From Candidatus Woesebacteria bacterium RIFCSPLOWO2_01_FULL_39_61 (GTDB lineage Bacteria > Patescibacteriota > Microgenomatia > UBA8517), in the NCBI GenBank assembly GCA_001793155.1, contig MGHI01000026.1:271-64270 (forward strand): a stretch of 64,000 bases of DNA. The letters are read 5' to 3'. Numbering within the stretch: the first letter of the stretch is position 1; every line of letters starts with the position of its first letter. The notes beneath the pieces are model-generated. The model had not been told where the DNA came from. It saw only the letters and a list, made by a program, of their open reading frames with translations, and made no database searches. Positions 56,728 through 64,000 of the stretch are shown piece after piece. The position numbers were made by a program, and so were the translations under genes.

Positions 56728-57411
56728 CTATTTCTTAAACTTGTCGTACCAGTCATTGAGTATTCTTGAAACCAAATCTTTTGCTCCCAGGCCCACCGAT
56801 AAACCGACCACTAAAACTATCGTGTAAGTTAATCCTTGGAAAAAGGTAGCAACTAATGCCCGGGCTATCTGTAGTTGTTCAACGGCTGCAAAAAAAGTAA
56901 CTATAATTATTACCCAACGGGAAAGCTTGCCTAAAGGTTTTGCAATTTCATGATCAACCGAGGACAATGCACCCCGCACCATTCCTTCTACGACCTTTGC
57001 AATAAAATAACCAGTTGCAAAAATCAAGACTGCGGCAAATATATTGGGTAGATAAGCTAAAAATCTCGTCAAGACTCTGGCAACAACACTTAGTCCCAGA
57101 ATATCAACGGCGGTTAAGAAAAATACAAGTATGATGAGCCACTCGACAATTCCACCCACAAACTGTGTTAAGTCTAATTTTGTTCCTGCTTTTGAGAGAT
57201 AGCCGTCTATCCCTAAAGATTTGGATAACTTCTCCAGTTTTACAAGTTTTAATACTTCAACCACCAGTCTCTTTGCCCAAAAGGCTAATACCAATCCGGC
57301 ACTGAAAACTATGACCGAACCCACAATAGCAGGGATAAATCCGAGAAATGCCGACCAAACCTGGCCCCAAGATGCAATTAGTGCTTCTTGCCATGAAGTT
57401 ATTGAGTTCAT
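56728..57411 (-). CDS. Membrane protein with repeated conserved TM-helix motifs (MscS-N-terminal-like)
   Basis: Four to five TM helices. No catalytic motif. Confidence 0.35.
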   Translation of the reverse strand: MNSITSWQEALIASWGQVWSAFLGFIPAIVGSVIVFSAGLVLAFWAKRLVVEVLKLVKLEKLSKSLGIDGYLSKAGTKLDLTQFVGGIVEWLIILVFFLTAVDILGLSVVARVLTRFLAYLPNIFAAVLIFATGYFIAKVVEGMVRGALSSVDHEIAKPLGKLSRWVIIIVTFFAAVEQLQIARALVATFFQGLTYTIVLVVGLSVGLGAKDLVSRILNDWYDKFKK

Positions 57412-57510
57412 TTTCTATCACCCCCTTCTTTTTGTATTCTTAATCATCAAAATAATAGAATCACGAGTTATTTTCAATATTGTTTTAGACAAAACTATTA
57501 TTATTCCTGC

Positions 57511-57543
57511 CTGTAAAAGGAAAACCCCGCCTTTTGGGCGGGG
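57511..57543 (-). terminator. Rho-independent terminator downstream of rnpB (minus strand)
   Basis: CCCCGCC-CAAAA-GGCGGGG followed by UUUUCCUUUU on the minus strand. The same hairpin type appears in repeat copy C. Confidence 0.6.
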
Positions 57544-57544
57544 C

Positions 57545-58015
57545 TTATCCATATACTCTGGAAGATAGTAAGCCAGGTTCTGTTCCCTTTCGGTTTCCTT
57601 CCCGTATTGGGGAAAGTCGGAAGGGGGTGAAACCCTCTTCCGAAAAGGTGACGGTAATCTATCTGAAATTGATGTTGGCTCAACTTCCCCCGGTAGTTAA
57701 CCAGGGTGCTCGTGCATTATCACTATCCCGATTGTCAAAGTGAAATTCGACGATTGCTGCCTCTAGGATTGCCCGTTTCACTCGTCCGTCAAAATACACC
57801 GAGACGAACGCTCGTCTCTGTTGCTCTCGAACTCCGTCATTTCGGAGTCCGTTCCCGAAAAGTTTCGGTTGAACTTTCCTAAGACACTAGCCCTTCCGGG
57901 TCGGAGCTTACACTCCGTTGAGTATCGGCTCGCAGCCTGGACTTTCCTGATCACCCCAAAATCTTGCGATTTTGGGGACCCCGAATTTATTTCTTCTGGG
58001 GCCCCCGTTGACTTT
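57545..58015 (-). ncRNA. rnpB: RNase P RNA (bacterial type A-like); ends approximate
   Basis: Minus strand carries GGAAAGTCCAGGCT (CR-I/P4 5' strand) at 57957..57944 and ACAGAACCTGGCTTA (CR-IV/P4 3' strand) at 57571..57557. A P3 hairpin CCCCAAAATCGCAAGATTTTGGGG lies 5' of CR-I. GC-rich with no long ORF. The terminator follows directly. Confidence 0.7.
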
Positions 58016-58135
58016 TGTCAATGGGATAACCTAACCGTCCTTCTTCCAAAGCAAAGTGTATTATAGCAAATTTCAAGCCTTTTTTCATTTATTTTTGGCT
58101 GGAAAATGATCCGTTCGGAGTATATTTAGCTTATC

Positions 58136-59323
58136 TTAAAAAAATATAAAGCGGGGAAAAATATACTGACTAAATGTCTTCGTAGAATATGCCCCATGCT
58201 CGTCGGTTACGGTTGCAACCGGATAATAAATTCCTGCTCGTTGAGGCAAGCCGTTTATTTCACAATCAAGCCCAGAGTCGTCTTTTCTATCCAGAGAGAA
58301 TTTACATTCACCCTGACTTAAGCCAGGAGCCAAATTGGTTATCTGCATACGAATTTGATCGCCGTCTGTATCAATCGCTCGGATCACCCCTTTGTATTGT
58401 CTCCCAACATAACCTGTCTTTAACCGCTTGGTGCTAAAGCTTGGAGCTGCGTTAAATCCTGGTGTAGGCAGAGGTGTAGGTGTCGAAATAGGAACTCCTG
58501 ATGGTGTAGGAGCTCCGGTGGGAGTTGGCGTAGGTCCCCATGACGGGGTTGGTCGCGGACTAACTGTTGGCGTCGGAAAAACAGATGTTCCGGGAGTGGG
58601 CGTCGAAATAGGTGTCACACTTGGAATTATTCCATTCCTGAATGGTAGCAGTACCCACCCTTCAAAACTTACTTCCGCCGGAGAAGTTACCGACCCAGTT
58701 ATGAAACCATAATTTCCAAAATATGCTTGCCCCAAAGGCGTTCTAGGTACGGGATTATAAAAGTAAATCCAGTCGCCGGGATTAAGACCATTATAAATCC
58801 GCATTTCGCTGGTCCACCAACTCGTATTATCTGCGTGGAAGTACATGAAAAGACGCATTTCTACGCCATTTTCCTGCCATATTGCTTCAAGAGTGGTATA
58901 GGTCGGATTACCCGGATCGGAACGCACATTAACTGTCCCCTCATCTGCATGAAAATATAAATCGTTTACTCTAATCGTAAAACTGTCTGCTTTCATATAA
59001 ACAGTATCTGTAACCCAAGTAATTGGATATTTAATTGATACCGGCGTGGGAGTTGCTGTTGTCGGAGGAGTAATTGGAGTTGCGTACGGTAAACGAGGAG
59101 CTTTAGGTGCCAGAGTCATAACTAATCCAACTGGTAGAGAAATTAATAGCAACAAAAGAGTAATTACGGAAACTTTTTGAGAGTTGTTAAGATGTTTGAA
59201 TACTTTGAATCTCGAATTTAGATTCGTTCCTAACTTTGGAAAGATAGAAGTTTCCCCGATAAATTGGGAAGATTCTTCGTGGGGTAATTTATTACCGTCC
59301 ATCATTTCCACTTTATTCCTCAA
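58136..59323 (-). CDS. Hypothetical secreted protein with Pro/Thr-rich linkers
   Basis: Signal anchor. PTPTP linkers. The C-terminal domain has two Cys. Confidence 0.4.
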   Translation of the reverse strand: MRNKVEMMDGNKLPHEESSQFIGETSIFPKLGTNLNSRFKVFKHLNNSQKVSVITLLLLLISLPVGLVMTLAPKAPRLPYATPITPPTTATPTPVSIKYPITWVTDTVYMKADSFTIRVNDLYFHADEGTVNVRSDPGNPTYTTLEAIWQENGVEMRLFMYFHADNTSWWTSEMRIYNGLNPGDWIYFYNPVPRTPLGQAYFGNYGFITGSVTSPAEVSFEGWVLLPFRNGIIPSVTPISTPTPGTSVFPTPTVSPRPTPSWGPTPTPTGAPTPSGVPISTPTPLPTPGFNAAPSFSTKRLKTGYVGRQYKGVIRAIDTDGDQIRMQITNLAPGLSQGECKFSLDRKDDSGLDCEINGLPQRAGIYYPVATVTDEHGAYSTKTFSQYIFPRFIFF

Positions 59324-59374
59324 TTTATATATATGTCAATACTCCGTTAAAGGAGTTGTAAACTTTAATTAATT

Positions 59375-60601
59375 ATGAAGACTAATTCCGAAAAAGATAT
59401 TTTAAAATACCTTTTTCTTATTGGAATTTTTATTGGTCCTTTATTCTTCTGGCCTTGGAGTGCAATTAGTTTCGAAATACCAAAGGTTTTTTTCATGAAC
59501 CGCTGGATAGAGATATTCGCCTTTGCGAGTGTAACCTATCTGATTTTTATAAGAATCCAAAAGGAAAAGGTTGATAGCATGCTTATAAGTCTTGTCCTAA
59601 TTTTTTTCCTACAAGTCATAACTTCTTCACTTCTGGGAGTAGACTTTAACAAAAGTTTATCAGGTAATTATTACCGTGCTGATGGACTGATAACTTTAGC
59701 ACATTTGGTTATACTTTTTTTATCGGTAGTGCTTTTCTATAGGGAAAATTGGTTAGTATCAACCTTCAAAATACTGGCTTATTCCTCTATACTTCTTAGT
59801 CTTTGGACAATCATAAATGCCGTCTTTGCTTTTATTATCCATAAACCGCTAATGCCAGCTTGGGATAAGGCGGTAGGAATTAATTTCGGTAATCCGAATT
59901 TTTTAGCAGGATATCTGATTGTTTCGTTGCCATTTACTTTATATTTTTATAATAAAGAGCCAAAAATTAAACATAAGCAGTTAATCCTTATTTCTTTAGC
60001 CGTCCAGTTCACTGCAATTTTACTTACAAGAAGCTGGGCGGGAATTTTCGGAATACTTATATTTTTGCTGATGAATGTTGTAATGAAAACTTCAAAAAAT
60101 TTATTATTAACTCTCACCATCATTCTTGCCTTTATGGGTTGTCTCGGGCTATTTATCTTAAACCACAAAAGCATACAAACTCCTGGAATAACAATTGCCG
60201 AAGGTCGGGAAAGGATAATAAAAAAAGCTATTCTTGCCTTTCAAAAGCGACTGCTATTTGGGTGGGGGTGGGCAAACTTTGACTACGCATTTGAATCTGT
60301 GGATTGGCCGGTAAAATATGAAGATGACATTTATGTGGATAAAGCCCACTCACACTTCTTGGAAATATTAATTACGACAGGAATACCCGGACTGGTCTTA
60401 TATATTTTAATCGTTCTCAAAACTGGTTTTAATTTAATTATAAAAAGTGACGGAATTCTTAAATATCTTTTTATTTCATTAGTGCTGTTTGTATTACATT
60501 CTCAAACAAACATTATATCGATTTCTGAAGAAATACTGTTTTGGTTAATCGTAGGAGTATCTGCGAAGGATATAAGTAAAACTTCTAATGCTGTCCTTTA
60601 A
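59375..60601 (+). CDS. O-antigen ligase-like (Wzy_C) polytopic membrane protein
   Basis: About 10 TM helices. AHSHFLEILITTGIPGL loop typical of the O-antigen ligase family. Confidence 0.6.
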   Translation: MKTNSEKDILKYLFLIGIFIGPLFFWPWSAISFEIPKVFFMNRWIEIFAFASVTYLIFIRIQKEKVDSMLISLVLIFFLQVITSSLLGVDFNKSLSGNYYRADGLITLAHLVILFLSVVLFYRENWLVSTFKILAYSSILLSLWTIINAVFAFIIHKPLMPAWDKAVGINFGNPNFLAGYLIVSLPFTLYFYNKEPKIKHKQLILISLAVQFTAILLTRSWAGIFGILIFLLMNVVMKTSKNLLLTLTIILAFMGCLGLFILNHKSIQTPGITIAEGRERIIKKAILAFQKRLLFGWGWANFDYAFESVDWPVKYEDDIYVDKAHSHFLEILITTGIPGLVLYILIVLKTGFNLIIKSDGILKYLFISLVLFVLHSQTNIISISEEILFWLIVGVSAKDISKTSNAVL

Positions 60602-61562
60602 CATATTCTTGTAAAACAATTGAAGCTGTCAGATAAACCGGAACTGCAATAATAATGCCAACCACTCCCGCTAATTTAAGTCCAATTGCTAACGCCAAAA
60701 GTGTAATTATCGGACTAACTCCTGTTGATTTCTGTAAAATCTTGGGGACAAGAACGTAATTTTCCAATTGTTGAACCAAAAAAGCCAAAGCGATTGTCGC
60801 CAGGCCCAAAATCGGGGAAGTGCCGAATCCAATAATAACGGCAGGTGTCGCAGCTATTATCGGTCCTATAATAGGTACGACCTCCAAAAGTCCTGATAGG
60901 ATGGATAGAGGTAGGGCAAATGGTATACCTAAAAGTCTTAAACCAATATAATTAGCAAGACCAATAATGAACATCAGTGTTAATTGTCCGCTCGCCCAAC
61001 CACCCAGTTTGATTTCTAATAAACCGATTATTCTTTCAAAATCTTTTCCTTTAGAATCTCCCAATAAAGCTCCGAGTAGCCGGTCAAGTCTATTTCTTTC
61101 AACTAAAAGATAAAAAGCAAATACCAAAACGGTAACAACAGACAAAACGTTAGAAAAAAGCGACACCGTAATTCTTGCTGCTTGTGCGGGAAGAGTACCA
61201 AGTAAATTTACTATTTGACCGATTATTTGCTGACTTACTACTGCTGACAATCCCAATTTATTCATAAATCCGGGAAGATCAGATATGAAAAGAGCTGTTT
61301 GCTCAACTAAAGGAGGTATTATTGTAGCTATTGCGAAGCTTATGCTTGCCAAGAGTATGGAATAAATCAAGAGAATGGAAAGACTCCTTGGAATTTTATA
61401 TTTCGATAGTCTGGTTACGAATGGATTCAGAATCGCCATTATCACAAGAGCCACAAAAAACTGGAGGATTATTTCCCTTATTATAAAAAGACTCCAGAGA
61501 AACAGAATGAACAATACCGCAAAAATAATAGTTTTATGTGAGACTTCTACCTTCTTAGTCAT
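60585..61562 (-). CDS. AI-2E family transporter (PerM/YdiK, UPF0118)
   Basis: 325 aa, 7-8 TM. The N-terminal pattern and the Gly/Pro-rich TM segments are typical. Confidence 0.75.
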   Translation of the reverse strand: MTKKVEVSHKTIIFAVLFILFLWSLFIIREIILQFFVALVIMAILNPFVTRLSKYKIPRSLSILLIYSILLASISFAIATIIPPLVEQTALFISDLPGFMNKLGLSAVVSQQIIGQIVNLLGTLPAQAARITVSLFSNVLSVVTVLVFAFYLLVERNRLDRLLGALLGDSKGKDFERIIGLLEIKLGGWASGQLTLMFIIGLANYIGLRLLGIPFALPLSILSGLLEVVPIIGPIIAATPAVIIGFGTSPILGLATIALAFLVQQLENYVLVPKILQKSTGVSPIITLLALAIGLKLAGVVGIIIAVPVYLTASIVLQEYVKGQH

Positions 61563-61631
61563 ATATGAGAACTAAAGTACTAAAAGTATAAAGAGATAAG
61601 TTTTTTAGTTTTTTTATTACTACCTACTTGC

Positions 61632-62654
61632 CTACTTGCTAATGTACCATTCTTTTACCATTTTTTCTACGTCATTAGGATATACCGGCTTTGTGATATC
61701 AAACCAATGGATATTTAAATTTGTCTTAAACCAAATCATTTGTCTTTTGACGTAGTTTTTTTCGTCATTTTCCCAATTTTTGATAACTTCATCTTTGGTT
61801 TTACTTCCGGCAAAATATCCTTTCCATTCTTTATATGCCAAGCTCTGCATTGATTGATCTTCCCAATATACCCCCGATTTTAACAGTCTTTTAATTTCAT
61901 CCTCTATTCCTTTTTTCAACCTTTCTTGAATCCTTTCTTGAATCCTTTTTTCCAACATCTCTTTCGGAGCGTATAGGCCTATAAAAACAGAGTCAAGATT
62001 CTTTTTCTGATAAGTTTTTTTACGTTTAATTCTTTTCAATTTCCACTGGGCAATTTCAATCGCACGGACTAGTCTCCTCGGATTTTTACTATCTGAAGTA
62101 TTAAGGGAGCCTGCTTTAACCGGGTCGAGTTGCGCTAAAATTTCAAAAAGTTCGGGTGCCGATTTTTTCCCCAAGCTTCTGCGAAGTGATTTATTTTGAG
62201 GTATAGAAATCGTTTCGATACCGCTTACCAAACTTTTTATATAAAGGCCAGTACCACCAACCAAGATAGGAAGTTTACGTCTTTCCCAAATATTTTTTAG
62301 GATTTCATCAGCAATTTCTGTATACTTCGAAACACTGTATGCTTCTTTCGGATTAACCAGATCATATCCCCAAATTTTAACTCTATCTATTTCGTAGTAA
62401 CCTATGGTTTTATTTTTAAATTTTAAATTTGAAATTTTATATTTCGCTCCTTTAGGTAATCCCTTACCAGTGCCTATATCCATATTCTTATAAACCTGTC
62501 GTGAGTCGCCGGATACAATTTCTACCCCAGAGTAAATTTTTGAATCGGAAACAAGTACTTCAGCCAAATGAAGTGCCAGTTCTGTCTTTCCGGTTGCTGT
62601 CGGACCGCAAACTATCAGAAGCTTTGGTCGAAGATTTAAGGTTGGTGCATCCAT
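61632..62654 (-). CDS. miaA: tRNA dimethylallyltransferase
   Basis: P-loop LLIVCGPTATGKTELAL. DSRQVYK. MiaA layout with a Lys-rich insertion. Confidence 0.9.
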   Translation of the reverse strand: MDAPTLNLRPKLLIVCGPTATGKTELALHLAEVLVSDSKIYSGVEIVSGDSRQVYKNMDIGTGKGLPKGAKYKISNLKFKNKTIGYYEIDRVKIWGYDLVNPKEAYSVSKYTEIADEILKNIWERRKLPILVGGTGLYIKSLVSGIETISIPQNKSLRRSLGKKSAPELFEILAQLDPVKAGSLNTSDSKNPRRLVRAIEIAQWKLKRIKRKKTYQKKNLDSVFIGLYAPKEMLEKRIQERIQERLKKGIEDEIKRLLKSGVYWEDQSMQSLAYKEWKGYFAGSKTKDEVIKNWENDEKNYVKRQMIWFKTNLNIHWFDITKPVYPNDVEKMVKEWYISK

Positions 62655-62669
62655 TTTTAGCCTACTTAA

Positions 62670-63584
62670 TTAGCTTGATGCGCTAGTATAGCTTTTCAGC
62701 GCTCTATTCCATAATTTAATTGATAAAATTACCATTAATATTCCTAGCGAAAATGAAAAGAGTATTCCCCAAGAAGAGATAAGCCCTAACATTGCCTTGA
62801 CCGGAAAAGTCATCATGATTCCTACGGGAATAAGATAAGTTAGAATTCCCTGGATCGGTTGCCTATAAATATCCACAGGAAATCGGCCTAAATTAGTCAA
62901 ATCCCGATAGATCCAAATAACATGGTCTATTTCTAAAGTAATTATTCCAAAAGCAAGAACGAGAATGTGGAAGGCCGCTGCAATCATCAAAGAATTGATA
63001 ATAAAAATAAGGTAGGAAAAAATCTGAAAAAAGTTAGGATTCAGCCCTCCCCCAACAATCGCTAACACAATAAGTAAGGGCGGTATCGTTATAAAATCAA
63101 TTACGTCTGCTCCACCCATTAAAACCCTAAACAAAGCATTCATGGGCTTTGTCATTACCAAATCAAAATCTCCTGAGACTAAAAGTGGTCTGAAACGATA
63201 TACCTCCCTAAATAAAAATTGCGAAACAATGTCCACCAAGTTGAATGTCAAAAAGAAAAAGATGACTTGATTGGAATTATAACCAGCCAAATTTTCGGTT
63301 CCTTTAACAAGAAAAACTAAAAACAAAATAAAGAAACCAAAACGCAACACTTTGCCCAGCAAGAATAAAAAGAATAATTTCTTCTGCTCTAACATGACTA
63401 TGAAAGAATTTTTGCTCATCAAAAGCCAAATTTTAAAATAGTAATAACATCTGCTAACCAACTCTTTTATGTTTTCAAATTTAAACGAAAATTTACTCAC
63501 GGCTCGGAAAGTCCCAATGACTAAGGAGAAACCAAAATATTTAATTCTTAGTTTTAAATTTTGAACTTCTTTTCTATCTTCCAT
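62670..63584 (-). CDS. ABC-2-type transporter permease-like membrane protein (the start may be ATG 63419)
   Basis: Six TM helices. Overlaps the upstream permease-like gene. Confidence 0.45.
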   Translation of the reverse strand: MEDRKEVQNLKLRIKYFGFSLVIGTFRAVSKFSFKFENIKELVSRCYYYFKIWLLMSKNSFIVMLEQKKLFFLFLLGKVLRFGFFILFLVFLVKGTENLAGYNSNQVIFFFLTFNLVDIVSQFLFREVYRFRPLLVSGDFDLVMTKPMNALFRVLMGGADVIDFITIPPLLIVLAIVGGGLNPNFFQIFSYLIFIINSLMIAAAFHILVLAFGIITLEIDHVIWIYRDLTNLGRFPVDIYRQPIQGILTYLIPVGIMMTFPVKAMLGLISSWGILFSFSLGILMVILSIKLWNRALKSYTSASS

Positions 63585-64000
63585 AAGCCTGATACGACTT
63601 TAAGCCTTTAAACCAAACGCTCCGCATTAATAACCACAAAACACCCAACCACAAAAATGATACTCCGATTCCTCTTAACATTATCAGTGTGCCAACCTTA
63701 CCCAAATATATTTGCAGAGGAAAAAATAAAAGATAAGGAAACGGAGTAAAATTTATTATCGACTGAACGCTTACCGGCAAAATATCCAAGGGGAATAGCG
63801 CCCCCGATAAAAATTCGACGACTACGAGCATCAAAAAACTTATTCCCCAAGCTGATTCCGGAACCCAAAAGGGTACCAGTCCGATGGTAAATAAAAGTAA
63901 AAAATAAATTAATATAGCCAATACTATTGAGGTTGCGAAAGAAAGTAAAAGTAAAATATTCCCTTGAAGGAAAAAATCCGGGCGAAGAATAAAGTAAAGT
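63574..64000 (-). CDS. ABC-2-type permease-like membrane protein, 5' end beyond the window
   Basis: The track start at 63921 is TTG. The frame stays open to the window edge. Confidence 0.4.
   Translation of the reverse strand, partial: LYFILRPDFFLQGNILLLLSFATSIVLAILIYFLLLFTIGLVPFWVPESAWGISFLMLVVVEFLSGALFPLDILPVSVQSIINFTPFPYLLFFPLQIYLGKVGTLIMLRGIGVSFLWLGVLWLLMRSVWFKGLKSYQAYGR

Noticed and set aside
57501-58066. Three short ORFs (57501..57683 -, 57534..57743 +, 57821..58066 +)
   Set aside because: They overlap the RNase P RNA gene. The region is GC-rich and structured, and the ORFs have no RBS.
1-64000. CRISPR arrays, IS elements/transposases, integrases, rRNA or tRNA genes
   Set aside because: I found no regularly spaced direct repeats of CRISPR type and no transposase or integrase-like ORFs. 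I also found no tRNA cloverleaf signatures (T-loop GTTCGAATC-type motifs occur only inside the TrpR-flanking palindromes).

Overview
This 64 kb window is an AT-rich bacterial chromosomal fragment, about 38-40% GC by eye, with about 75 predicted protein genes. Many of the genes are small, hypothetical, and encode secreted or membrane proteins. That gene style fits a Patescibacteria/CPR-like or similar reduced-genome organism, but the lineage is inference only.

Supported content, in order along the window:
- Copper-homeostasis island (about 2.7-13.4 kb): P1B-type Cu-ATPase CopA; three cupredoxin-like proteins; CopZ; a CsoR-type repressor with a C-tract/G-tract operator palindrome; a DUF1573-like protein; a rhodanese fusion protein; a PQQ-dependent sugar dehydrogenase.
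- Housekeeping genes: dtd, comM/yifB, miaA, an alpha-glucan phosphorylase, and a Fe-S-less endonuclease III-like glycosylase.
- Regulators: three sensor histidine kinases and two response regulators, plus a decayed response-regulator remnant.
- An 842-aa cell-surface protein built from 13 tandem Cys-rich CxxxxGCGxNxYWDxxxCxC repeats, flanked by two-component systems.
- A SET-domain protein, and two tandem alpha/beta-hydrolase paralogues.
- An unusual operon: an XRE regulator, a Cys-free 298-aa protein and a 490-aa E1/ThiF-like adenylyltransferase, convergent with a nitroreductase-family gene.
- A secreted M23 peptidase of about 1000 aa with novel C-terminal repeats.
- A type IV pilus cluster (pilin, PilM/N, pseudopilins, PilX-like, PilC, PilB).
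- RNase P RNA (rnpB), found on the minus strand from conserved CR-I/CR-IV motifs.

The most interesting non-coding signal is a structured repeat family of about 100-120 nt, present in three copies at 5893, 13853 and 33414. Each copy has two hairpins that covary between copies, and each hairpin is followed by a U-rich tract. Other repeat families also occur: a leader repeat shared by two secreted-protein genes with an inverted partial copy bounding a 4.9 kb segment, a hairpin repeat flanking the S51 peptidase gene, and palindromes flanking a TrpR-like gene.

The ORF track uses GTG/TTG starts as M in several places (for example 5949, 13874, 39360 and 28097), and I re-called those starts using RBS evidence. 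All functional calls come from motif recognition by eye. None were checked against a database.
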